A stretch of DNA of 64,000 nucleotides, from the sequence record DRR723986_9449. One strand, written 5' to 3'. Position numbers and translations under genes: made by a program. The notes below the pieces were generated by a model. The model ran no database searches. It was not told where the DNA came from and saw only the letters and a list, made by a program, of their open reading frames with translations. Positions within the stretch are counted from its first letter, which is position 1. Each line of letters begins with the position of its first letter. Positions 1-9,226 of this stretch are shown one piece after another.

Positions 1-1296
1 GCGCTGGTGGACAGCGAACGCATCCTGACCAAGCTGCGCTCTGAAGGCTATGAAATCGCCGCCGAGTACGAAGGCAGCGATGTGGTTATCGTCAACACCT
101 GCGGTTTCATCGACAGCGCCAAGGAAGAAAGCTTCAACGCGATCAAAGAAGCCATGAACGAGAACGGTAAGGTTATCGTAACAGGGTGCTTGGGCGTTGA
201 TGAAGGCGCGGTGCGTGAAGTGGCGCCCGATGTGCTGGCCGTCACCGGCCCGCAAGCCTACGAGCAAGTGGTTTCCGAAGTGCATAAGGCCGCGCCCCAG
301 CCGCATGAGCCTTATGTGCATTTGGTGCCGCCCGCGGGGCTTAAGCTAACGCCGCGGCATTATAGTTACGTAAAAATATCAGAAGGTTGCAACCACCGCT
401 GCAAGTTTTGCATCATCCCCAGCTTGCGCGGTGATCTGGTGTCGCGCCCCATCCGTGCTGTGCTGCGCGAGGCCGAGAAACTGGTTGAGGCTGGCACCAG
501 CGAATTGATGATCATAAGCCAAGACACGTCTGCCTACGGGCTTGACCTAAAGCATCAAACCGAGACATGGAAAGACCGCGATATCCGCGCCCATATGACC
601 GACCTGGCCGACGCGCTGGGCGACTTGGACGTATGGGTGCGACTGCATTATGTCTATCCCTACCCGCATGTGGATGATGTTATCCCGTTGATGGCAGAGG
701 GCAAAATTTTGCCCTATCTGGACATTCCGTTCCAGCACGCCAGCCCGAAGGTTTTGCGTGCCATGCGCCGCCCGGCCAATGACGCCAAAGTGCTGGAGCG
801 TATTAAAAAATGGCGTAGCATCTGCCCTGAAATTGTCATCCGCTCCACCTTCATTGTTGGCTTCCCCGGCGAAACCGAAGAAGACTTCAACTATTTGCTC
901 GAGTGGATGCAAGAAGCCCAGCTGGACCGGGTTGGTTGCTTTAAATATGAAGCGGTTGAAGGCGCTGTAGCAAACGAACTGCCGGACCCCGTACCGGAAG
1001 ACGTGAAGCAAGAGCGCTGGAACCGTTTTATGGCCGTGAGCCAGAAAATTTCAGCTGACAAACTCAAAAAACGCATTGGTATGGAAATGGCTGTACTGAT
1101 CGACAGCGTGGACGATGAAGGCGGTGCCATTGGCCGCACCTACGCCGACGCCCCGGAAATTGACGGGCAGGTCCACTTGTCGGGTGCTGAAGGCTTGTCT
1201 GTCGGGGACATGGTGATGGCTCATATTGATGACGCCGATGACTATGATCTGCATGCCACCGTTGTGCACGAAGAAGAAGACGAATGGGACTTTTAA
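1..1296 (+). CDS. rimO: Ribosomal protein S12 methylthiotransferase RimO (5' end outside the window)
   Basis: Frame is open from base 1 (ALVDSERIL). Has the UPF0004 motifs NTCGFI and VTGCL, the radical SAM motif CNHRCKFC and a C-terminal TRAM domain (DAPEIDG). Confidence 0.96.
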   Translation, partial: ALVDSERILTKLRSEGYEIAAEYEGSDVVIVNTCGFIDSAKEESFNAIKEAMNENGKVIVTGCLGVDEGAVREVAPDVLAVTGPQAYEQVVSEVHKAAPQPHEPYVHLVPPAGLKLTPRHYSYVKISEGCNHRCKFCIIPSLRGDLVSRPIRAVLREAEKLVEAGTSELMIISQDTSAYGLDLKHQTETWKDRDIRAHMTDLADALGDLDVWVRLHYVYPYPHVDDVIPLMAEGKILPYLDIPFQHASPKVLRAMRRPANDAKVLERIKKWRSICPEIVIRSTFIVGFPGETEEDFNYLLEWMQEAQLDRVGCFKYEAVEGAVANELPDPVPEDVKQERWNRFMAVSQKISADKLKKRIGMEMAVLIDSVDDEGGAIGRTYADAPEIDGQVHLSGAEGLSVGDMVMAHIDDADDYDLHATVVHEEEDEWDF

Positions 1297-1390
1297 CCTA
1301 AAGGTCCTCAAGACCACAAACAATTTGCCTGTAACGATAACAAAGCCTACTTTATGCAAAAGACACGCTTGAGGGGGCACAGACATTTCT

Positions 1391-3814
1391 ATGGTTTATA
1401 CGCCATACAGAACGGCACAGGCTGCACCGGCATGTAATACTCTAGCTCGGTTCTTCACTGTACTGGTCGTGTTGTCACTGTGTTTTACGTTCGGCCTTCG
1501 CGCTGATGATAGTCCACCCCCCAACCTGTTGCCCACCGCCTGCCATTTCACAACTGATACTGCCGCCAGCTTCCCATCGATGTTAGACCAAGCTGCGCAA
1601 GCAGACTGCACCAGCAAGCCAAGTCAATCTTCGCGTATGGTTTGGCTTGTCCTTGATATGGAACGGGTTAAGCCGACGGCAAACACCGAATACGGCCTCA
1701 ATATTCTGCGGCACTGGACCGAAAGGGCGGTTGTTCAGTTTCATTATGCTGACGGCTATATGCTGGACTATGACGTCGGTGCATACGATTTTGACGCCTA
1801 TTGGTCCGTCGGCAACTACGTCCGTTTTAAGGCCCCGGCCCGCAGCACCCCAGTGAGCCATATACTGGTTGGCTTCCAGAATGCATCATCCATCAAACTG
1901 TTCCATGAAATTACATTTGTCAAAAGCGAGGAATGGTCGGAACGACAAATAGCCGGCTTGCTATTAACCACCGTGATTACTGGTGTGCTCTTGGCAATGT
2001 TTTTCTACAATATTGCCTTGGCGGTGGTCTTGCGGTTCACTTTCCATTTTCACTATTGCCTCGTTGCTTTCGCCGCCCTTGCTTACAACCTCTCCACATA
2101 TGGATTTCTGTCTTATCTGGTACCGGGGTTAATCAGTTACGGCGACCAAATGAACATTAGCATTCTAGCGCTGGGTTTAAATGGCTTAGCGGGCATCCTG
2201 TTTCTATGCAGCTTTTTGGAAGACGGCATCCTATCACGCAGGTGGGTGCTTGTGGCGCGTATTCTGGCCTACAGTTTCCTTGGCCTCACTATTGTTTATG
2301 TCAATATGCGTGGCCCCTATACGGAAACGCTTGAGCTTTATCTCCACATTGTGTCTTTCCTTGGCGTGCTTTTTGTCCTTGCCGCCCTTGTTCACGCCAT
2401 CCGCAAAAAAAGCAATGCGGCCATCTTTTATGCGATCGGTTGGCTACTACCGGTAGCTGGTGTGCTTGTGCGGAACTTGCGCTGGTTCGAAATTCTGCCT
2501 CACTCTGATACCATCAGCTATATGGTCTCTATTGGCATTTCGCTAGAGTGCATCATCTTTGCCATTGGCATTGCTTACCGTATCAGCAAAATTCTGAATG
2601 AACGCGACCTGGCCAAACTGGAAAGCGCAAAGGCTATGGCCGCAAGCCAAGCCAAAACTGACTTCCTCGCCCATATGAGCCATGAAATTCGCAACCCAAT
2701 GAACACCATCATCGGGTTAAGTCAATTAACGGCAGAGACCAACCTGAACGCCAAGCAGCGGGAATATATTCACAACATTCAGCTATCCGGTGATGCGCTG
2801 ATGAGCTTGTTAAACAACACATTAGACCTGTCAAAAATTGAAGCCGGCAAAGTATCGCTGGAGTCGATGCCCTTTGCCCCCACAGGTGTGTTTGACCAAA
2901 TACGCGCAATTATTGGCCCCCGCGCTGAGGAAAAAGGCATAGGCTTTACCATCGAAGGGCTAAGCGGTCTGCCTGCTATGCTGGTTGGAGACCCAACCCG
3001 GTTAAACCAAATTTTGATTAACCTGACGAGCAATGCAGTTAAATTTACAGATACCGGCAGCGTCACCCTATCGGTATCTGTGGTGCCCAGCAGCAAACAG
3101 TCCGTTCTTTTTACTTGCACTGTTGCGGACACTGGCGTTGGGATGAGTGAAGATGAACTCTCTCGGTTGTTCAAATCATTCAGCCAGGCAGATGTTTCTG
3201 TTGCGCGTAAATACGGCGGTACCGGGCTTGGTCTCGCCATTTGTAAACAACTGGTGGGGTTAATGGGCGGCAAAATTACCGTTGAAAGCACGCCCGGCAA
3301 AGGCAGTGTCTTTTCGGTTGAATTGCCCTTCACAGTGCCGGACCCATCAGTCCAAAGCGAACCGGTAGATTCTGCTACCCCTCCAGGCACAAGCGCAAAT
3401 TCCAGTCCGAGACAAAAAAGCACCGAAAACCCGAACTTTGGCGGCATGCAAATTTTGATCGCGGAAGACAACCCTATCAACCAGCTATTGGTTACGAAAC
3501 TTATAGAGACAACATCGGCTGATTTTGACATCGTCGCCGACGGCAAGGCCGCAGTTAAAGCAGCATCCGAGAAAGACTATGACATTATCCTGATGGATAT
3601 TCATATGCCCGTTATGGATGGCTTGGAGGCAACCAAAATCATTCGCAGTCAAGAGGGCGCAAAAAACCAGCACACGCCCATCATCGCCCTAACCGGAAGC
3701 GAAAACCGTGAAACAAAAGACGCCTGCTTCGAGGCCGGCATGAATGACCAGGTTATTAAACCCTTCACACCGGCAACATTATTTGGAACCATAAGGGCGC
3801 ATAAACCGGGGTAA
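1391..3814 (+). CDS. Hybrid sensor histidine kinase/response regulator with 7TM-DISM-like input
   Basis: Periplasmic domain, then about 7 TM helices, H-box FLAHMSHEIRNP, N-box NLTSNAVKFT, G-boxes DTGVG and GGTGLGL, and a receiver domain (IAEDN, LMDIHMP, KP). Confidence 0.93.
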   Translation: MVYTPYRTAQAAPACNTLARFFTVLVVLSLCFTFGLRADDSPPPNLLPTACHFTTDTAASFPSMLDQAAQADCTSKPSQSSRMVWLVLDMERVKPTANTEYGLNILRHWTERAVVQFHYADGYMLDYDVGAYDFDAYWSVGNYVRFKAPARSTPVSHILVGFQNASSIKLFHEITFVKSEEWSERQIAGLLLTTVITGVLLAMFFYNIALAVVLRFTFHFHYCLVAFAALAYNLSTYGFLSYLVPGLISYGDQMNISILALGLNGLAGILFLCSFLEDGILSRRWVLVARILAYSFLGLTIVYVNMRGPYTETLELYLHIVSFLGVLFVLAALVHAIRKKSNAAIFYAIGWLLPVAGVLVRNLRWFEILPHSDTISYMVSIGISLECIIFAIGIAYRISKILNERDLAKLESAKAMAASQAKTDFLAHMSHEIRNPMNTIIGLSQLTAETNLNAKQREYIHNIQLSGDALMSLLNNTLDLSKIEAGKVSLESMPFAPTGVFDQIRAIIGPRAEEKGIGFTIEGLSGLPAMLVGDPTRLNQILINLTSNAVKFTDTGSVTLSVSVVPSSKQSVLFTCTVADTGVGMSEDELSRLFKSFSQADVSVARKYGGTGLGLAICKQLVGLMGGKITVESTPGKGSVFSVELPFTVPDPSVQSEPVDSATPPGTSANSSPRQKSTENPNFGGMQILIAEDNPINQLLVTKLIETTSADFDIVADGKAAVKAASEKDYDIILMDIHMPVMDGLEATKIIRSQEGAKNQHTPIIALTGSENRETKDACFEAGMNDQVIKPFTPATLFGTIRAHKPG

Positions 3815-3932
3815 CATATACAAAGCTATATGGCGGCTTGCCTGAGTTGCAGCACGCATTACACTGCACCAATACCTTACCCAGTGGCTCATCTTAACCA
3901 ATGGTTCAGGGGAAACCTTACGAAAGAAAACT

Positions 3933-4265
3933 ATGATCATCACCAACATTGAAGACGTTCCCGGGCAATCTGTAGCCGAAGACCTGGGCCTTGTGCTGGG
4001 CTCCACCGTGCGCGGCAAGCATGTGGGCAAAGACATTGCCGCTTTTTTCAAGGGGCTGGTTGGCGGCGAAATCAAGGGCTATTCCGACCTTTTGGTAGAA
4101 GGCCGTGAAGAGGCCATTGACCGCATGAAGGCTCATGCCAAAACACTAGGCGCTGACGCGGTTATCAATGTGCGCATGACCACCTCCAGCATCACAGGCG
4201 GCGCGGCAGAACTTATGGCCTACGGCACGGCGGTTAAATTAAAACCAAATGGGTTCGACACGTGA
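3933..4265 (+). CDS. YbjQ/UPF0145 family protein
   Basis: GLVLGSTVR...VGGEIKGY...R.EA..RM...LGADAVINVR...AYGTAVK pattern. Confidence 0.92.
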   Translation: MIITNIEDVPGQSVAEDLGLVLGSTVRGKHVGKDIAAFFKGLVGGEIKGYSDLLVEGREEAIDRMKAHAKTLGADAVINVRMTTSSITGGAAELMAYGTAVKLKPNGFDT

Positions 4266-4822
4266 ACGAATTGCAAGAGCTAAACCAGCAAATCAACGCG
4301 CTTTTGGCCAATCCACCAGAATGGCTGGAAGGTTGGATTGGTGGCAGCAGCTTCACCGAATTAATGGTGAACAGCAGCCTGCAGGCCATCGGCATTGGGG
4401 CCATAGGATGGTTGGTTGCCACCCTGTTGGAGCGGCGTCATAACGCACAAATGACCGCGCGGGAAAAACTGCTTGAAGAGGTAAAAGTGTCCACCACCAA
4501 ACAAGTGGGGCGCGGGGCACAGGAAGGCATTATGATTAGTGGTTCTGTGGTTATTACGCATGACTTTTTTCGCACGCTTATCATTGCGCTTAGAAAACTG
4601 ATTGGCGGCAACATCAAACCCTATGAGCGGCTGGTGAACCGCGGACGGCGCGAGGCTTTCATTCGGCTGCGCGAAGAAGCGCTGTTGCGTGGTTTTGACC
4701 AAGTGGTCAACGTGCGTTTTGGCAGTGCACTCGTGGCCGGGCGTTTCCTCTCAGCGGTTGAAATGGTGGTTTACGGCACAGGGGTGAAATCAATCAAGCC
4801 CACAGAAGACACCGGCTCTTAA
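4262..4822 (+). CDS. Membrane-anchored YbjQ/UPF0145-like protein
   Basis: TM segment followed by LIGGNIKPYE...GRREA..RLREEA...VVNVRF...VYGTGVK. GTGA overlap with the upstream gene. Confidence 0.85.
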   Translation: MNELQELNQQINALLANPPEWLEGWIGGSSFTELMVNSSLQAIGIGAIGWLVATLLERRHNAQMTAREKLLEEVKVSTTKQVGRGAQEGIMISGSVVITHDFFRTLIIALRKLIGGNIKPYERLVNRGRREAFIRLREEALLRGFDQVVNVRFGSALVAGRFLSAVEMVVYGTGVKSIKPTEDTGS

Positions 4823-4840
4823 GCCTGCATCTTTGAACTT

Positions 4841-5131
4841 TTACTCATCGCCTTCATACAAATACTCATAGGTTTTTTTGGCAGAGAAGCCACCTGATAG
4901 ATTGTCATCCACCAGCTTGGCAATACAGCGGCCCTTGCCGTCATACTGGAAGCAAACTGCACTGCCTTCCACCGTGTCATGCGCCTCTACGAGCCGGTTC
5001 TCGGCATCATAAGCGTAGTCCCACCTGCCGGGTGCTGGTCAGCGAACCATTGGCGTTATAGTTATAACTGGGGGCACCACTGTTTCAGGGTCAGGCACGC
5101 TTTGGCCTGCAGCCAGCGGCGGGGCAAGCAA
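4841..5131 (-). pseudogene. Frameshifted Rhs/YD-repeat core fragment
   Basis: Manual minus-strand translation: ...PDPETVVP / SYNYNANGSLTS / GRWDYAYDAENRLVEAHDTVEGSAVCFQYDGKGRCIAKLVDDNLSGGFSAKKTYEYLYEGDE*, with frame changes near 5072 and 5030. Matches the YDxxGxL, YDAENRL and YDxxGRR Rhs repeat pattern. Confidence 0.82.
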
Positions 5132-5132
5132 A

Positions 5133-5507
5133 TTACTTCATAAATTTAGTGACCGAGGGTGGATCATCTTTCTCTTTTTGTTTGAGGTATTGGCAAAACC
5201 AGTCTTCTCTAAGGAGCTGACGATAGGTTTTACTCCGCAATTGCCGCTCCAGTTCATCGAAATATTCATTACCCCTCCATTCCCCAAGCTCTTTGTCAGC
5301 GCGCAAATTAGGAACATACTTCACGAGGAAAAAGTATATATACAGAGCAGCAAAAAAGAGAGGTAACGACCAAACACCCCATATCAATTCATAGTTGTCA
5401 CCAATAGCAAATGAGATTGCTAGACCACCAGCAAAATAGTATGCATTTTCTTGAAAATTTACAATTAAGGCGTCAATTAACTTTTGCTTAGAAGTTATAT
5501 TCATCAT
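5133..5507 (-). CDS. AT-rich hypothetical membrane protein (candidate orphan immunity protein)
   Basis: 124-aa ORF with two hydrophobic segments, clearly more AT-rich than its flanks, directly upstream of the Rhs relic. Confidence 0.6.
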   Translation of the reverse strand: MMNITSKQKLIDALIVNFQENAYYFAGGLAISFAIGDNYELIWGVWSLPLFFAALYIYFFLVKYVPNLRADKELGEWRGNEYFDELERQLRSKTYRQLLREDWFCQYLKQKEKDDPPSVTKFMK

Positions 5508-5650
5508 AGTCGTTCAATATGCCTCTCGTTTGATGCTGCCAACGGTACAAGTCACTTTCTTGTATTTGCCGCGAAAACAGATCGTTGCATACATTTAGCC
5601 GCATCGCTAGGCTGATCGGTGGTGGAGTGACGCAGCAGCAGGGGCGACAG

Positions 5651-6748
5651 ATGAAATTCAAGAAAACGTTGATTAGTGGCGGCGTTGTGCTCGCGGTTGT
5701 TGCTGGCTTGGCCCTGGAGACAATGCATGCTGCTGGCGTTTTCCGCACCATTGAGCCGCATTTTTCTGGCCAGTGTACCCGGGTTGAGGGTGTGGTCGGC
5801 GCGGAAGACATTACCATTGACCCCGAGACCGGCATGGCCTTTATCTCGGCGATGGACCGCCGCACCTTTGCCGCAACCGGCGAGCATAAAGGCGGCATTT
5901 ACATCTACCGACCCGGCTCGTTCGCCGCACCCATTAAGTTTGAAACCGACCTAAGCCAACCCTTTCACCCGCACGGCATTGACCTGTGGAAAGCGCCCGA
6001 TGATAGCGGCGCAAAAGATAGACTGTTCGTGGTAAGCCACCCCATCGTACCGGGAGAAAACGGCGAGCCAGATGCAGCGATTAGCCAAATCGATATATTC
6101 GAGATAAACGGCGACAAGCTGGACCATGTGCGATCGGTGAACCCCGCTACACCCATAAGTCTCAACGATGTAGCGGCGGCCGGGCCCAACAGTTTTTATG
6201 CCTCTATCGACCAAGGCAGCGTGACGCCGCTGGGCCGCACGCTAGAGGTATATGGCCGCCTTGCCCGTGCAGGCGTGATGTACGGCAAAGGCCGTTTAAT
6301 GTCGCGCGTGGCTGGCGATATGATTTACGCCAACGGCATTCAGGTAAGCGAAGACGGCCAAACCCTGTATGTCGCCGAGACAACCGGCAAACGCCTGTCC
6401 AGCTTTTCCATCAGCCAAATTGATGGTTTGCTTTCACCGCAGTCAGAACTTGAGATCAACTCCGGTCTTGATAACATTGAGTTTGACGCGAACGGCGACC
6501 TTTGGGTGGTGGGCCACCCCAAGACATTTGATTTTCTTGGCCATGCGGGCGACGCCGCCAACCGGTCGCCCTCGCAGGTGTTCAAGGTTGTGTGGGAAAA
6601 CGGGGCCATGAAGGCTGATGAAGTTTACCTGAATAACGGCAACCCCCTTTCGGGAGCCAGCGTGGCCGCGCCCATTAAAACATCGTCTGGCAACAGATTT
6701 TTGATCGGCTCAGTGTTCGAGCCTTTCATTCTGGACTGCAGCTATTAG
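5651..6748 (+). CDS. Paraoxonase/arylesterase-like six-bladed beta-propeller hydrolase
   Basis: Likely start at ATG 5651 (MKFKK plus hydrophobic anchor). Motifs GAEDI, FHPHGI, VVSHP, SLNDV, YANGI, LDNI, VGHP. Confidence 0.88.
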   Translation: MKFKKTLISGGVVLAVVAGLALETMHAAGVFRTIEPHFSGQCTRVEGVVGAEDITIDPETGMAFISAMDRRTFAATGEHKGGIYIYRPGSFAAPIKFETDLSQPFHPHGIDLWKAPDDSGAKDRLFVVSHPIVPGENGEPDAAISQIDIFEINGDKLDHVRSVNPATPISLNDVAAAGPNSFYASIDQGSVTPLGRTLEVYGRLARAGVMYGKGRLMSRVAGDMIYANGIQVSEDGQTLYVAETTGKRLSSFSISQIDGLLSPQSELEINSGLDNIEFDANGDLWVVGHPKTFDFLGHAGDAANRSPSQVFKVVWENGAMKADEVYLNNGNPLSGASVAAPIKTSSGNRFLIGSVFEPFILDCSY

Positions 6749-6774
6749 AAAACGGCAATCATGCCATCTCGTTG

Positions 6775-7410
6775 CTAATTAGCTTTCGGCCCCATGGAGT
6801 ATTCGCCGCCGCGCTCAATGCCGCGCAAATAGGCTGGGCGCGCCTGCATGCGCCCTACATAGGCCTTCAGATTAGGTAGTTGATCAAGGCCGCCAGACGC
6901 ATTCATTGCCTCTAGCGGAAACATCATTTGAATGTCGGCGCCGGTTAGCTTACCGCCCGCGTAAAACTCTTGGTCGCCCAAGCCTTTTGCTGAATAGGTG
7001 AGGTGGTTGATAATCTCGCTTTGAATGCGCGGTGCCAGCGGTTCGGCGGCCTCACCCAACCGGCTGGTATAAAGCCTTAGCAACAAGGGCAGCATCAGCG
7101 AACCTTCCGCATAATGCATCCATTCAATGTAGCTGTTGTAATCTGCATCGCTGGGCTCAAGCGAAAATTTGCCTTCGCCGTAAGTGCGCGCCAAATATTC
7201 TACAATTGCGCCTGATTCTGCAATTTTCACATCACCGTCTTCCAGCACCGGTGATTTGCCGAGCGGGTGAATTTCCTTCAAGCTTTCAGGAGCAAGATTG
7301 GTCTCAAGGTCGCGGGTGTAATGAACAATTTCATAGTCGCAGCCCAGCTCTTCCAGGAACCATAAAACGCGCTGCGACCGACTGTTATTGAGATGATGAA
7401 TTTTAATCAC
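6775..7410 (-). CDS. Glutathione S-transferase
   Basis: Likely GTG start at 7410 after AAGGA. Motifs HHLNNSRSQRVLWFLEEL, HPLGKSPVL, ESGAI, GADIQM. Confidence 0.93.
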   Translation of the reverse strand: MIKIHHLNNSRSQRVLWFLEELGCDYEIVHYTRDLETNLAPESLKEIHPLGKSPVLEDGDVKIAESGAIVEYLARTYGEGKFSLEPSDADYNSYIEWMHYAEGSLMLPLLLRLYTSRLGEAAEPLAPRIQSEIINHLTYSAKGLGDQEFYAGGKLTGADIQMMFPLEAMNASGGLDQLPNLKAYVGRMQARPAYLRGIERGGEYSMGPKAN

Positions 7411-7519
7411 GAGGGGGTTCCTTTGACTGTCATTGATGATGCGTAATCCTGAGCATGACCTAGAGCGATTGAGTTCAGAAGAAAGTCCAATCGCGCCTAA
7501 AAACACTGAGGTATTTTAT

Positions 7520-7559
7520 AAAAACAGCCATTTTCTTTCCAAAAACGGGCTGTTTTTTT
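7520..7559. terminator. Probable intrinsic terminator of the quinoprotein dehydrogenase gene
   Basis: AAAAACAGCC-N18-GGCTGTTTTT inverted repeat with T/A tracts on both sides, right after the stop codon at 7560. Confidence 0.5.
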
Positions 7560-9062
7560 CTATTTTTCTCCAAAAACTTTCAATAAATAGACTGCCAGCG
7601 CCTCAGAATCGTCGTCATAAAGGTCAAAAACAGGCATCGGGCCGGGCGGTGCGGCAAACAGGGCAGTCAGGCCATCAACGTCATACCGCGCCTTTAAATC
7701 CTGCAATATTTTAACCTGCACCCCGTCTGCGGCGGTGGTGGGGTCATGACAGGCGGCACAGCCATTGTCATTAAACACTTCTGCACCTCTCTCAGCCAAT
7801 GCCAACAAAGCCGTTTCGTCATATGCCGCAAGCGGATCAATAACTTGCGTTAGTTTGGAGGCGAAACCCGGCACCTTGATGTCGCCCCAGCCTACTTTGT
7901 AAATTGAGCCGGAATAGTCGTCTGAAATATAGATTGAACCATCCGGGCCAAACGCCATTTCAACCGGGCGCCCGATAACGTCTTCGTCCAATTCAAAACC
8001 GGTTAAAAAGTCGCGTTGCTCTATGCTGCCATCTTCACTGAAATGCAGCGACACCACCTTGTAACCCGCCAGTTCACTGCGATTCCATGACCCATGCAAT
8101 GCCGCAAGCGCGGCGCCTGAAAAGCCTTTCGGCGCGGTGCCGTTCGGGAAAAACCGCACACCCAGCGGCGCACGGTGCGCCCCAAACCCATGCGCCAAAG
8201 CGCGAGAGGCTTGCACCTTGTCTTCGTTGCCTGGGCCAAAGTCCGGGTCAGGTTGTTTGTCATCGTAAGCATAGGGCCAGCCATAGTCAGCGCCCTGTTC
8301 CACCAAGTTCAGTTCGCAGTGCGGCGTGTCATCGCCCAGCAAATCCCGGCCATTGTCGGTGGCATAAAGCGCACCGGTTACGGGGTGCCAATCAAAACCA
8401 ACACTATTCCGAAGGCCCGTTGCATATGTTTCAGCGCTGCTACCGTCAGGGTTCATCCGCAGCATACTGGCACGGTAGGGTTGTTCCTCTATGCACACAT
8501 TGCAGCTGGACCCGACGGTGACATAAAGCTTGCCGTCCGGGCCGAAACCAATGGTGCGGGTGGTATGGTTGCCGCCTGCGGGCATGCCACTAAACACAAC
8601 TTCGATTGGGCCTAAGGTTCGCGCGCTGGCGTCAAACCGCGCTCTTACAATTTGCTCAGTTTCGCCAATATACAAATACCCATCGTTAAGCGCCAAACCA
8701 TGAGGGTGCCCAAGACCAGTGGCAAGCACTGTACGGCCGTCCGATGCGCCGTCACCGTCTTCATCCCGGTGCAATAAAATAATTTCGCCGGGCCGCATGC
8801 TGGTTGCCAAAACATCGCCCGTATCTGTTACAGCAATTGTGCGCACATTATTCACACCGCTTGCGAAAACACCGACGCGAAACCCATCGGGCAGCTTAAA
8901 CCGCTCCCGAAGCACGCTCTCGCTTGGAGCCTCTAGCTGCTTACCCGTCATGAAATCTAACAGCGGGCCATTTATTGCAAAATTAGACGGCCAAAAAAGC
9001 CAAAGCCCCACAGAAAGCAGAACAACACTCCCTAAAAGCCACTTTAGAATTTTCGTAATCAT
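7560..9062 (-). CDS. PQQ-dependent sugar/sorbosone dehydrogenase family protein with C-terminal cytochrome c
   Basis: Motifs LPDGF, GGNHTTR, GSSCNVC, GLRNSVG, DYGWPY, HGSWNR, GRPV, SDD; C-terminal CAACH heme motif and PGPMP. Start at MITKIL after AAGGA. Confidence 0.88.
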   Translation of the reverse strand: MITKILKWLLGSVVLLSVGLWLFWPSNFAINGPLLDFMTGKQLEAPSESVLRERFKLPDGFRVGVFASGVNNVRTIAVTDTGDVLATSMRPGEIILLHRDEDGDGASDGRTVLATGLGHPHGLALNDGYLYIGETEQIVRARFDASARTLGPIEVVFSGMPAGGNHTTRTIGFGPDGKLYVTVGSSCNVCIEEQPYRASMLRMNPDGSSAETYATGLRNSVGFDWHPVTGALYATDNGRDLLGDDTPHCELNLVEQGADYGWPYAYDDKQPDPDFGPGNEDKVQASRALAHGFGAHRAPLGVRFFPNGTAPKGFSGAALAALHGSWNRSELAGYKVVSLHFSEDGSIEQRDFLTGFELDEDVIGRPVEMAFGPDGSIYISDDYSGSIYKVGWGDIKVPGFASKLTQVIDPLAAYDETALLALAERGAEVFNDNGCAACHDPTTAADGVQVKILQDLKARYDVDGLTALFAAPPGPMPVFDLYDDDSEALAVYLLKVFGEK

Positions 9063-9226
9063 GCCAATTTCCTTGCCTCTGTACAGCGCGCTTTGCATTA
9101 CCCTTAAGCCTAAAGCTTTGGCTGTTCGGCATCAAGCGGATAGGCACCTTGCCGTAAAATGATTGCATTGGGGCTGCCTTGTTCGGCAATATGCTAGCAG
9201 GTAAACCTTGCCAAGGAGGCAACGCA

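Noticed and set aside
5070-5079. GGGGGCACCA, identical to the last 10 nt of tRNA-Leu, as a possible att site
   Set aside because: Only 10 bp, inverted relative to the tRNA, 44 kb away and inside the Rhs relic. Chance is a sufficient explanation.
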